From Octopus sinensis (lineage: Eukaryota): a stretch of 64,000 nt of DNA. Below are positions 24,389 to 37,450 of this stretch, piece by piece. Location of the stretch: positions 3,410,001 to 3,474,000 of the forward strand of contig NC_043017.1 in the NCBI RefSeq assembly GCF_006345805.1, read 5' to 3'. Position 1 is the stretch's first letter. Each line of letters begins with the position of its first letter. Below the pieces are notes generated by a model. The model had not been told where the DNA came from. It did no database searches and saw only the letters and a list, made by a program, of their open reading frames with translations. Both the position numbers and the translations under genes were made by a program.

Positions 24389-24981
24389 TATTTTCTTCAG
24401 GAATGTCTGGTATTCAAAACATGAATCTAAAGAGCATCTTTAAAAAAATAGCATCGTGTAATTTAGAAGCAGGGATTAGAAAATCCATACTAAAGCGAAA
24501 TAAGTACCAAAAGTATCCATTCTGAAACGAATACGTCCAAAAGACAGGATGGTCACGACTGGAATACTTTTGATATAAAGACTGACCAGAGGCTACTACT
24601 AGCAACTGGAGTATGGATGATCCAACAGAATTCCGTCGATGTTTTTCTTGCTTCTCGAAAATAATGAATAGATAGAGAACTGATGAAATACCTATTTCTT
24701 TATTGCTCACGAGGGGCTAAACATAGAGGGGACAAACAAGGACAGACAAAGGGATCAAGTCGATTACATTGACCTCCAGTGCGAAACTGGTACTTTATTT
24801 ATCGACCCCGAAAGGATGAAAGGCAAAGTCGACCTCGGAGGAATTTGAAGAACTGTTGAATTATATTCATGTTTCGTGCGTCGTTACTCGACATGCTAGA
24901 AATAGCAGTAAAATTCCCTTCAGATTTACACAGTTGTTTTAAATAAAGAGGTAGCACACTAGATAACACAGTTCTATAGAC

Positions 24982-25186
24982 CAGTGCTTTTCAAACGTTT
25001 TGCTGGAGCGGAACCCCAAGGAAACATTCCACTGGCTCGAGGAACCCATGTGCAATAATTTAATAGTCTTATGCACACAGAATTATCTGCACAGGAGAAT
25101 TAAAAATTACTGCCGATTTTAGCAGTTTTGTAACTTCTTGCGGAACCCCTGGACTGTACTGGCGGAACCCTGGTTGAAAACCACTG
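24982..25186. mobile_element. hAT-type MITE with 8-bp target-site duplication (TSD)
   Basis: CAGTG...CACTG termini; CTATAGAC duplicated on both sides. Confidence 0.92.
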
Positions 25187-25382
25187 CTATAGACACTTAA
25201 AGAGACAAGATGTTCATGGCTGGAATGCATTTAACCATTGTCTGCTCGGTCAGGCTTGACTTGGTGCTCAACAATAAAAACAAGACCCAACAAAAGAAGA
25301 TTTTTATGTGGCTGTCGACCAGCCAAAAATTCTCGTCAGGTTAACAACCTAGAACGCCTATGATCCTAAGTTTACCCTGGTA

Positions 25383-25586
25383 CTACTTGGGAACAGTGGT
25401 CCCGGTGCGCGCACTCGCGTACTCGCGCATCCGCGCTAGCTAGTCATGACTAGTCGATCCTTACTTTGTGTTTTTGTGTTTTATTTACTTTGCTAGGTAG
25501 TCGTTGTAGGATCGACTAGTCACGACTAGCTAGCGCGGATGCGCGACAACGCGAGTGCGCGCACCGGGACCACTGTTCTCAAGTAG
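25383..25586. mobile_element. CpG-rich fold-back MITE, copy 3
   Basis: About 79-bp TIRs around a T-rich spacer; GGTA|...|TACC. Confidence 0.92.
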
Positions 25587-26343
25587 TACCTATTTCTTTA
25601 CTACCCACAAGGGGCTAAACACAGAGAGGACAAACAAGGACAGACAAACGGATTAAGTCGATGGATCTTTTCTAAAAGATTCCAGTGCATAACTGGTACT
25701 TAATTTATCGACCCTTGAAGGATGAAAGGCAAAGTCGACTGTTCTCAAGTAGTACCCGTTTACCCCTTCGCGGATGATGTAGTTCTAAACAACCCTGCCA
25801 CATATGTACACATACCCAAAATATTTAAAACAAAAGGTAGGGGGTAGAGGTGAGACAAACTGCTGCATAAATCGCGGATAAATTTTCATTAGTAACCATG
25901 TTTCGTTGTTCACCGTCAGCTTATTAAGTTTTTGTCGACTACTGTCAACATCTCCACGTCATGGGGCTTCTCAGTTTGATGAGATTTCATTCAATTAGTC
26001 ACCGAACGAAATACTAATACCATCCATCAGTCCTTCACCCATTCATTGTTTCAGGGAAGATACGGAAACATCGACGGAACCGCAAAAATTACAAGTTTTG
26101 CCTCTGATATCGGTTTTTCCTCTCCTCTCATTGCTTTAAAATCCAATCAAGTCCAATCAAACCTGTTTCAGAAGTTGCTTTGTTTTTTTGGTCTGATACA
26201 GGTGATAGAAAGACAACGACAGCTAAACGCGGAAGTGAGCAGTTAATTACAGGTATTCACAGGTATCCAAAGCAAAAGAAGCCCCCGCACGGAAATCGTA
26301 TACAGGCGAATTCATTGATTAAAAAGGGAGAGGAAAGAAAAAT

Positions 26344-26467
26344 ATGATGGAAAACATAGGGTCTCCTATTCTTACTCAAACAACCACAGCAAAGCCTCAA
26401 AACAACGATGGGATTTCCTGGTGGTTTAAATTCATGGCCAAAGGCGTTGGAGTGTTTGGAGGTCTAG
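26344..26467 (+). CDS. CACFD1: Flower (calcium channel flower homologue) coding exon 1
   Basis: MMENIGSP...DGISWWFKFMAKGVGVFGGL ~ human EGMTWWYRWLCRLSGVLGA; CTA G|GTGAGT donor, phase 1. Confidence 0.92.
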
Positions 26468-26569
26468 GTGAGTATAGAAGTCCACGATATCCACCTTCTT
26501 TGTTGCATAATCTAGTCACTTCTACAATTCATGGTAATTGCTTAACATAAGCGCGGACGCGCACACTTG

Positions 26570-26775
26570 CACAGAGAGAGAGAAACATATATATATATAT
26601 AGAGAAACATAGATAGATAGAGAGAGAGAGAGAAACATAGAGATAGATAGATAGATAGAGAGAGAGAGAAACATAGATAGATAGATTGAGAGAGAGAGAA
26701 ACAGATAGATAGAGAGAGAGAGAAACATAGAGATAGATAGAGAGAGAGAACCTTAGAGAGAGAGAGAGAAACATA
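26570..26775. repeat. GA/GATA compound minisatellite with AGAGAGAAACATAGATAG-like units
   Basis: Seen directly. Confidence 0.9.
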
Positions 26776-27157
26776 CGCCTACAACGGATCGTTACTTGTG
26801 TTCCAGACCAGGTTTTTGGAACTTATTTATATAACCAAAGGCATTCCAACCATGATCATCCCTATGTTTGAGTTTATTTCTTCAAACATATGTAGCATTA
26901 CATCATTCAATTTATCTCCATATTGTAATAAGACAACAAGGAAATTTGGCTGCTATTTCTAACAGTTCAAACGATCGCATTGAGGTTCCCTCGTTAGTTC
27001 ATATGTAGTGTTTCGTGTTTGTGTATATATACATGTAGTGTAAGTTTCATTACATATGTAGACAGACTAAATATGTAACCACTGACGGTACATTTGCATC
27101 CAACATATAAACAATGAATTGAATAAATTTCATATCCCATTTGTTCTAAATGCAAAG

Positions 27158-27195
<38 letters not shown>

Positions 27196-29221
27196 CAACA
27201 AGGATATCCAAAGGTAATCCTTGTTGCTTATTTTGATTATAATTACCCCATTTGATTTATATGGATAATACCATACCAAATTCTGGTGCCTTTAACTTGT
27301 ATCTTTTGATTGTTGCATCGTGTGTTATTGTTAAATCACAGGTCAGCCTTAATTTGGCAGATCTATTTATTATCAATTGCGTTCTGGTCATAATATACAC
27401 CACCTCTTACCTGCGTATACATGATACGATTGCCTTTGTTTTTTTAAGATTGTAGGGTGCGATTTGAAAGGTGATTGTTACTGTTTTTCCCACAACCAAA
27501 TTAATTTACCTGTTTTAATTTATAAGAAGTGTTATTTTGTTTTTATAATCCTTGATCTGTTGAATGGGGAGCGTTCTTGCTTAAAGACCTTTTAAACAAT
27601 CCGAGATCAGGGTGTTGAAGTAACTGAGAAGTTTGAGGTGATTTCTTGAACGTGAGCTGCTGTTGTTTAGTTTCAGGTGTGTCCTGACTAGGGGTGTTCC
27701 ACCTATTACTGTCTTGTCTTGTTTTCGAGTGTATTCTATCCTGGAATACAATATACGCTGTGTTCTTTTTAAAGATGGTATGGTTGATTTGAGGGAGATT
27801 TGGCTGCTGTTTCTAGCAAGTAGAGTGAGTGTGTATGTGTGTGTGTAGTGGCCCATTCGCTTGGTTCATAAAATATTCTCAACCGTCGGATGCTAAAACT
27901 CGGGACCTGTTAGAAATAAGAAAGGAAAACCCTTAAATGGAAAGCAAATTCGAAAAGAATGCAGTTTGAATATCTTTCATTAGAATAAATACGTAAAATA
28001 AAATAATTCTAATTTTAGCTCAAGGCCTGCAACTTTGAGGGAGCGGGGTGGTTAGCTAATTGCTTCAACTCCTGTCCTACACTTGTCCATTTATATTAAT
28101 GACCCCGAAAAGACGAAAGGCGAGGATGAGCCTGACAATAAAGTGCAACTATCGCAAGGTATTTTCCGATTCGCTAACATAAAAACGAAACAAAAACTAA
28201 TTAATGAAACACTTTAATCCAAACCCTACAACTAGAGGTGGGGGCCCCCATTCTCTTATATATCTTGTTCGAATGAACTCTGCTAAAAATATATCCAAAA
28301 GGCCAGTTAGATAGGGGTGTATTGAACCGGGTGACATTGCTTTCACAGAACATAGATAATTCCATATTTTACATAGAAGAAAATATTCTTTTTGGATTTA
28401 CAGATATTCGTAAATTCTTGTTAATTTCGTAAAACTTAATGAGATAAATGAAGATTTAAAAATATAAAACACTCTAAGGTGCGTTGACATTCCTCAATCA
28501 TCGAGTCTCATTTGTTTCCAACAAGTTTCTAATTGTATTATCTGCAAGTCAACAAAGACCAGCTAGAAATAACAGTCAAATCACCATATCGCCTTAACAA
28601 AAATGAAGGTTACATTAAACAATATAGTTCGGATCTTGTTAAATTTCTTCCAAACACTCAAACTTTCATGTCATTTTCAAAAACTGTAATTCTGATGTAG
28701 CTTTGCATGCTGATGAAAATCGCATTCATTTTTTTTCTTCTAGAATCGTACAGGGGATGCTCACAACGGGGGCATCTTTGATCACAGGTTCACTTGACTA
28801 TTGTTGAGCTGGGATTAAATATAAACAGCCATATAATCTCCTTTATACATGCAGTTGGCTTTCAATTTATTAAAACAAAAAGAAAAGGTTTTTTTTTTAT
28901 TAACAGTTGCTTCAGTTGGCTTTCAAGAACTGTTCCTATGGCAGGGAGAATTTCTTGGACAATGTTAATCGCATACTTGTTACATTGCTCTGCAGGATAT
29001 ATCATACATTTAGGCCCCTCCTCAAAGTCGCTGTTCCGTGTAAGAATAGGTTGGTCAGTCAGGCCTTCTCGACCACCAGCCCTCTTTTTAAAGCCGTAGC
29101 TTTAGTGTTTGAGACATTTATGTACCGCCGACACGTTTTCATTCCGCATCATCTTGCAAGGGATCCAGGCCATGGCAAAGGAGTGTGTTACGATTTAGTT
29201 ACTCGACCCTTCTATATAATA

Positions 29222-29386
29222 ATAATAATTGTGTACAGTGCTCAGGTGCACTACAACTCATCTAAAGTGTATATATAATCAGGTGTAGTTTCGACGGATT
29301 TCGGGAAGCATCAGGGCCTTAAAGGATGCAGTGTCATGGCAGTCAACAACTGATGCAGGCAGTTTATTCCACGCTTCAGCAACCTT
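29222..29386 (-). mobile_element. CR1/L2-type LINE 3' end
   Basis: VAEAWNKLPASVVDCHDTASFK..., stop, short UTR and (ATT)n tail. Confidence 0.8.
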
Positions 29387-30675
29387 CTGTCTTTTAACTT
29401 CTAATTACCTGTGAAGGGCAGTGTCTATCACCCATTATTAGGCCTTCGGGATTACGGGGAGGGAGGGATCTTCACACCAGAGACCCGACTCAAATACTTA
29501 GATTCCATTATAAGTTCCCAAGGTACCAGGCCTTAACGTTAAACCGGGCGACGTAGTAAGTCTATCTTCCACTCCAAGTATACAAGCTTTAGACCAGGCA
29601 TTTTTTAAACCGAACAACTATAACCTTCTTGTAGGCGCAGTGTAGCCGAACGGTTAAAATGTTCGCTTTGCAACTATGAGGTCTCGGGTTCGGGCCCACT
29701 AAGTGTTATCTAGGCCCGTGTTGACCCATACTTTGTGACTGAAACCCAGTTGCAGAAGTTGTGTCGAAGCTCATCTAATAGCTGTTACCTGTAATTCAAG
29801 AAGGTACTACCTTATCACACCCGCCGTTTTTATCAGGGCGCATGTTACTGTGGAATGCCCATTCGAGTACACCTTACTCCAGGAAGCAGGTAATTCATTT
29901 CTTCAGATAACTTGAGTCCTCATCGTTGAATGAGAGATCCAATATCACAACCTCCTTATTAAATGTCTGAATATATTCCACATAATTCATGTAATCGTCC
30001 TTAAATATATATGTTTTGTACTTTGTTGTGTGCTAAAATAAGTAACCTATTTAACAGTTTCATGCGACCTTCTTGCTGCACCTTCGGGTCCTCTTATGTG
30101 CAGTGTTTCCTTTTGGAGAATGTAGGATTGTTTGCACGTAACATTTGTGTTGAGTTTCTCTTGTTTCTGTTTTTATTTTATTGTTTCTCGTATTTGTACT
30201 TCTGTGAAATGCGTCATGGTATCGGTTGATGATTGCCTAGTATGTATTGAGTAAGTTTTGTTATTTCGATACGTCTGCCCACACTGAAGGGCATTCTAGT
30301 GTAACCACCTCTTTTTTTTTTTGAGGGTGCGTAGGACCGCATTATTTAACTAGTCTTCTTACCTTTTGTAGATTAAAACGTCAATGTTTTTGTTATTAAA
30401 ATATACTTCCTCGATGACTCGTGTGTGTATATGCAAGTTCTGTTAAAGTATCGGATGATGTTAGCATAGAAAACGTTGTGTGGGTTTATGTTATGTAATA
30501 TATACATGTATGTAACATGTAATATATATATCGTTTTTGCGTTGGTTTGCAAGATTCTTGATGTAAATTCCCATATTTAAACACATTTTACTGTATTTTG
30601 GCGTAATGACTCTTTCAAGATAACAATACGCGCGGGTGGGTGAGTGGACAAAGGGCACCCAGAAAACGAAAGCGT

Positions 30676-30712
<37 letters not shown>

Positions 30713-31008
30713 CAGTTGATGTGCAGACACGGAAGAGCAAGTTGGATGATTTGACATTATTTAGTTGCATGTCTTTTCGTTCTGAGGTTTTGAGTTCAAA
30801 TCCTACCCCTTGTCCTTCCAGGTTTTATGAAATAATTATCAGCTAAATACTGGTGTCGATGTAGTTGACTACCCGTTCCACCCAACCCTAAAACCTATGA
30901 CTGTGTCTTATGTTAGAACTAGTAATATTCATTGCATCATGTGTTTTATAGATTATTTGTCATTTTTTTATGTAAGCATTTTTGGTTATGTCCCAGACAT
31001 TAGCTTAA

Positions 31009-31401
31009 TCTCTCTATATATAAAGCTGAAGTTGTCTGTGTATATGACACGTTTGGTAGCCTTCAACTAACACTATCTCCTCCGAGACCCTGCAGCGCAA
31101 GTTGACCAAAATTGATAGTATGATAGAAGAAGGCTTGCTCTTCATTCCGTAGAAGATAAAATTCAAATCGGACCATGTTAACGCCAAAGATTATTTACAT
31201 CAAAAAGGTGCTTTTTTTCTATGAAAATCCCTATTTTTTACGATTTTTTGACTGCTGTGTCGCCATTTTTCGGTGCATTTCAACCAGAAAAATGTTCACT
31301 TAAAGAGAATAACAAGATACATAATGCAAATTTTTTACTTTTCAAAAATTCCAATTCTAAAGGGTCGAAACAAACCCGAGCAACGCCGGGCGATACTGCA
31401 G
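31009..31401 (+). mobile_element. Non-autonomous Helitron-like element
   Basis: A|TCTCTCTATATATAAA start; 3' hairpin CCCGAGCAACGCCGGG then CTGCAG|T (CTAG variant). Confidence 0.8.
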
Positions 31402-31956
31402 TTATTATGATAAAGTTATCATTTTAGTAAATCCTTCTACATTCTCGCTTATTTTAAAAATCAATCACTTCGCACCGATAGTGTAAGAATCATTATCATC
31501 CGCCACAACCATCACCAGCAGGACTCCAGAAAATTACACGTTTTATAGAATGTTTGTCTTCGGTTACAGATGCATAAATTCACAGCCCTTCATAGCATTT
31601 TTTTTCTTTTTATTTCAAATATTTCCATCGTGTCCGATTTTGTTCCATAGTTCAGTGCCGTTCGAAGTGTAACCTTCGAACACATTCAAACGCCGCCAAA
31701 GTAGAATTATATCACGGATTAGGATTATCATTATCGTCGTCATGTTGTCAGCATCTATTTTCAAATGTTTATGAGCACCGCCCACGCATACATGCTTCAA
31801 AATGCAATTAGCAAACGGGCAAACGGAATTACCGAAGAACCGAAGCAATCGGCCTTCAAATCATAATCCGACCGTGTCAAATGTAAAGAATTTGACAGTA
31901 GTTCGGATGATGTAGTCTCGAGATTACATTACGTTCGTTCATGGCCGAATTACCTT

Positions 31957-31972
31957 TGACCTGTGCTGACCT
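31957..31972 (-). promoter_or_regulatory. Perfect DR4 nuclear-receptor element (AGGTCA-N4-AGGTCA)
   Basis: Plus strand reads TGACCTgtgcTGACCT, within CpG-richer non-repeat intronic DNA; function is inference. Confidence 0.45.
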
Positions 31973-31984
31973 CACTTCTTCGGT

Positions 31985-32227
31985 TACCTCCACTATCACT
32001 ACCACTACTACTACAACTACTACTACTACCAGCCTCACCTCCATTATTACTACCACCACAACCACTATACTACCACATCATCGCCATCACTATTACTACT
32101 ACCACCACCACCACCACCACTACTACTACTACTACCACCACCATTACTACTACTACCACCACCACCACTACTACCACCACCACCACCACTACTACTACTT
32201 CTACTACTACCACCACTACTACTACTT

Positions 32228-32258
<31 letters not shown>

Positions 32259-32355
32259 CACCACCACCACTACTACTACTACTACCACCACCACCACTAC
32301 TACTACTACCACCACCACCACCACCACTACTACTACTACCACCACCACCACCACC

Positions 32356-32425
<70 letters not shown>

Positions 32426-32462
32426 TCACCACCACCACCACTACTACTACTACCGTCGCCAC
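31985..32462. repeat. Compound (ACT)n/(ACC)n trinucleotide array
   Basis: Seen directly; source of the poly-T, poly-H/Y and poly-V ORFs. Confidence 0.98.
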
Positions 32463-33789
32463 CGCCGTCCCCATAGGTAGTAAATCTTCCTCAAACCTTA
32501 CTCTACAATCTTATATCTTTTTATTTTAGCTTTTACTTGTGTCACTTGTTGGTCTGTGGTCATGCTTATATTTTAAAAGCCTGGTACCTATTCTATCAGG
32601 CTCTTTTGCCAAACTGCTAAGTTAACAAGGACATAAATAAACCAACACCAGGGACTGTCACGTTAAGTTGGCAGTATACAACCACTCTATCGCTCCACCA
32701 CCGCTCATGTCTCTGAGACATTTAGAAATTCAATATTTCTAATATATATATATATATACATACATATATATATATCTAAAAGTGTGTATGTTTGTATGTT
32801 TTGCACTTAAGTAGCTGAGATTTTACTCATCTGTCCACACATACACAACTACACAACGTCTAATTAATTATGAATAGAATAATTCAGAGTAAAAGCTGCT
32901 AAACTCCATAATAATGAAACATTAAAATGCAATCAGTCTCACCTAAACGTATATATACATACAATAACTCTACTGATGCACGCTGCTGTCTACAGGCTCC
33001 TTCACAATAACAGGTGTTCCAGACAGGTATACAAATGAGCTCACAGACAGCTTATACTCACACAAAAACATGTTGAGTACCTAAGTAAAGTAAAGTCAAT
33101 ATTGTATCGGTTGGGTATATTTTGATAACTGGTGCAAATCATCATAATACAGGTAATTCTTTTCTAATATTTAGATGGCCTTCAGTCCTCCATGTCGGCC
33201 AACTTTTTTCTCAGCTACAGCTTTTAATTTGTTGACCGTTTACCAATACATTAAGCTGTCCCTGAAAAAAAAGGGGACATGGAAAGTTGTCAAGTTTAGC
33301 AAGGACATCCTGCATATAAACATCATCATTATCATCATCGTTATCATTTAGTGTCTGTTTTCCATGCTGGCATGGGTTAGACTGTCTAACTGGAACTAAA
33401 AAACTGGAAAGATGTACCCGGTTCCAGCTCGATTTTGGCTGGGTTTCTACAGCTGGATGCCCTTCCTAACACCACTGACTCCAATATCATCATCATCATC
33501 ATTTAACGTCCGTTTTCCAGGGATCTGGTAAGCCATGGAAGCTGCACCAGGCTCCAGTCTGATCTGGCAGTGTTTCTACAGCTGGATGCTCTTCCTAATG
33601 CCAACCACTCCGTGAGTGTAGTGGGTGCTTTTTATGTGCCACCAGCACAGGTGCCAGGGGAGGCTGGCAGCAGTCACGATTAGTTGGTGCTTTTACGTGT
33701 CACCGACACGGACGCCAGTCAGGCGACGCTAGTAACTGCCACACTCGAACGGTGCTTTTACGTGTCACCAGCACTGGTGTCTTAACTAC

Positions 33790-33826
<37 letters not shown>

Positions 33827-33827
<1 letters not shown>

Positions 33828-34286
33828 GAGCAAACGCCCCTGCCCCCATCCAATGGACGGTGTTGAGTTGTCAAACATTTAAACCAAATTTTCTCAAAAC
33901 AACTTGTCTGACCGTCCCATAGGCTTCCCCTTTGAGAAACACTGATTTAACCTAAATTTGAGACACCAGCAAAAGAAGAAATGACGATAGACTTTTTTTT
34001 CTATTCCAAAGAAAAACAATTGTATTCACACAAATATGCAACCAAAGAGTTTAAAGTACCAGTAAGTACATCACAACAGCTGATGTACTTGCACGTACAA
34101 ATGCACGTTCCCACGGCTTTATCAATCGCATTCTCACCTGGAATCGATTTTTGTAATTTTTTCAAGACTTATACATGCCCTGATACCATCGGTGTCTACA
34201 TATCAATTTTGAGCGCAATCGGATGGAGGATGCCCGAGATCCTAGAAGACACACACAGACAGACAGAACGGATTTTATATAATAGA
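33827..34286 (-). mobile_element. Probable non-autonomous Helitron-like element
   Basis: TCTATTATATAAAA start; subterminal hairpin CCGTCCATTGGATGG; ends CTCG|T. Confidence 0.55.
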
Positions 34287-34437
34287 CGTGTGTGTGTATG
34301 TGTGTATCTTTATGTCCGTGTTTGTTGTCAGCTAGCAAGGCCACAGTCAGTTTTGGCTTGGTTTCTACAGTTGGATGCCCTTCTTAATGCCAGCCAATTT
34401 TCAGAGTATATAATTTATATTATATATTACCAGTAAT

Positions 34438-34667
34438 AGGTGCAGGAGTGGCTGTGTGGTAAGTAGCTTGCTTACCAACCAATTGGTTCCGGGTTCAGTC
34501 CCACTGCATGGCACCTTGGGCAAGTGTCTTCTACTATAGCCTTGGGCCGATGAAAGCCTTGTGAGCGGATTTGGTAGACACTTGCCCAAGGTGTCACACA
34601 ATGGGCCTGAACCCAGAACCATTTGGTTGGGAAGCAAGCTTCTTACCACACAACCATCCTTGTGCCT
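34438..34667. mobile_element. Two SINE A heads fused in inverted orientation
   Basis: Forward head up to GGTAGAC, then reverse head ACTTGCCCAAGG...TGCCT. Confidence 0.85.
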
Positions 34668-35804
34668 ATGTATGTATGGTTTTTCTTTGAGTTAGATTAA
34701 TTGTAGGTTTGGATTTAAAAATACGAACAATTTATTATGGGGAGTTTTGCATAATTTGAACTGGAAGTAGTCTCAGACAGTTTAACAGGAAAGGGATTCA
34801 AATGTTGGCTAGCTAAAAGTAGCATCAAATTTTTAAGCACATTTTCATAATTTTATAATAACAGACATTTCAAAGAAATGTTTGCTTTCCTTCCAAAATT
34901 TTGACCTTTAAAAACAAATTTTTCAGAGCAGTATAAGTGTCTTGTGTTGAATGGCAACTAGATAAAGAATATAAAAATTATGTGATGGATAATCAACTTG
35001 TTCCTGGAATGTTACTTTAAACTCTGTGATAAACTAGCACTTTGGTCTTTGCACCGTTGTTTGTCTTTTTTGCTATCTTACACATTTTACACTTTCTCTG
35101 TGGCTCTCTTTGGTAGATTCTCCATCATCATCATCAACATTTAACGTCCGTTTTCCGTGCTGGCACGGGTTGGACGGTTCAACTGGGATCTGGGAAGCCA
35201 GGAGGCTGCGCCAGGCTCCAGTCTGATCTGACAGTGTTTCTACAGCTGGATGCCCTTCCTAACGCCAACCACTCCGTGAGTGTAGTGGGTGCTTTTTACA
35301 TGCCACCGGCACAGGTGCCAGGGGAGGCTGGCAGCATCCACAATCGGTTGGTGCTTTTTACGTGCCCCCGGCACAGAAACCAGTCAAGGCGGCGCTGGCA
35401 TTGGCCATGTTCGGATGGTGCTTTTTACGTGCAACATCTGATAGCCTGGTCGGTCATGTGATCAATTGAGATATATATATATATGTGTGTGTGTATTTGT
35501 TTGCGTTTCTGTGTTTGTACCCCCAACATCGCTTGACAGTTGATGCTGGTGTGTTTACGTCCCTGTGACTTAGCAGTTCGGCAAAAGAGACCAATAAAAT
35601 AAGTACTAGGCTTACAAAGAATAAGTCCTGGGGGTTGATTTGCTCGACTAAAGACAGTGCTCCAGCATGGCCGCAGTCAAATGACTGAAACAATTAAAAG
35701 AGTAAGAGTAATTAAAGATGTAATTTTCTCTGTCTATATTTTTGTTATATCAAAGTATTAGTGTATATATCTTTATGAAGCTCTCAGCGCTCAAGTCACC
35801 TTAA

Positions 35805-36025
35805 CCCTTTCGTGACCAACCCAGCTGAAACCGGCTCTGGCTCTGAGTACAAATGTCTTGTTTTCATAAGTTTTGAATTGAAACTCTTCCACCAAACCTT
35901 AGTCACAATTTATGTTCCAACACTAGCTTAATGATGACTAAGTTATTTTACAAAATTCTTTGTTATATTTAAAATTAATTGAAAGAAACTCAGAGCATCT
36001 CAAAATAAATGCAGTAACGAAAGGG
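35805..36025. mobile_element. piggyBac-type MITE, same family as 97-319
   Basis: TTAA|CCCTTT...AAAGGG|TTAA. Confidence 0.85.
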
Positions 36026-37450
36026 TTAAAAGTGTATATCTACGTACATACATATTCACGTACATACATACACGTGTATGTGTGTTAGATTTTATGCTTA
36101 CATTAGTTGGAAAAAACTGGTGGTGTTGTTTACGTTTTGTCTTTTTATAACCTGTAACTTAACAGTTTGAGAAATAGAGTAGATAAAATATCAGATGAGA
36201 AATAAATACAGGTCAGTGGAGCTGACTAAAACCTTTTAAAGACATTTCCCCAGCCTGGCCTATGATTAATGATGGAAACCAGCCAATGAACAAAACACAC
36301 ACACACACACACACACAAATGCACACACACACACACACACACACACATGCACACGCACACACACACATGCACACGCACACACATGCACACACATGCACAT
36401 GCACACACACACACATGCACACACACACACAATACACACACAAACACACACACATGCACGCACACACACACACACACATGCACACACACGATACTTATGA
36501 CTCGCGGATTATTGTCAGTAGTTAATCCCTCTTTTGTGTGGCCATTATTTTCATTACTCAGCTGTAAACCAATTACTTATCCATGAGAAAAAATATAAAA
36601 GTAAAATGACTGATATTCCCCCTGTTGTATATAAGTGATGACTTAGAGTTAATCTGTTCCAAGCAGGAGCATTCAAGTGGTCATTCGATGTGCTAGAAAT
36701 AGCAATAAGATATCCTTCAAATTACACCCTTCCATCTCAAAAAGTGATGTCAGAATAGATATAGAAAGGCTTGAGAAGACTGAAAGCTCATGGCTGGGAC
36801 TCCTTAGATCCTAAATCTGTTTGGTCAGGGCTAACCTGGGATCAGAAATGAAATCAATACATACTCTGATGGATGTTCCAGGTCAGCAGTTCTCAACCAT
36901 TTTTTACCCATTGACCCCTATGATTACTGTTTCATTCTAGTGGACCCTCATAAGATACTTCTTTAAAAATCCCTATTTTGTTTTTAACATGTGTAGGTTG
37001 AACTATGTAAAATGTCAAACAGAAATCTGTTTCTTGCAGAACACACCAGCACATATATCTAAAGCAAATTTTTTCAAGAGCCGTTAAAATACTTTTAGGG
37101 ATCATTACTATTTTGTTACATGGACCTTTTTGGTTACTATTTTATTCTGGTGGACCCCCTTGGCCATTTGATGTTTAAAAACTAGTTTATATGGCATCCG
37201 TGTCGGTGACACATAAAAGCATCAACCGATCATAACCGTTTGCCAGTTCGTCTGGCCCCTGTGCCGGTGGCACGTAAAAAGCACCCACTACACTCATGGA
37301 GTGGTTGGTGTTATGAAGGGCATCTAGCTGTAGAAACTCTGCCAGATCAGACTGGAGCCTGGTGCAGCCTCCTGGCTTCCCAGACCCCGGTCGGACCGTC
37401 CAACCCATGCTAGCATGGAAAACGGACATTAAACGATAATGATGATAATA

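Noticed and set aside
24414-24710. 98-aa minus-strand ORF
   Set aside because: It starts inside a SINE B, abuts a MITE and has no recognisable homology.
29630-29700. tRNA-like sequence here and at SINE heads such as 48310-48384 and 59797
   Set aside because: A/B boxes run into SINE bodies and I could not form an intact cloverleaf, so these are not called tRNA genes.
31941-32529. Mucin-like poly-Thr, poly-His/Tyr and poly-Val ORFs
   Set aside because: An (ACT/ACC)n array is stop-free in several frames by construction, and I see no coding context.
33000-33270. Short protein-like frames on both strands in Flower intron 1
   Set aside because: They cannot be joined into a phase-consistent model and are short enough to arise by chance.
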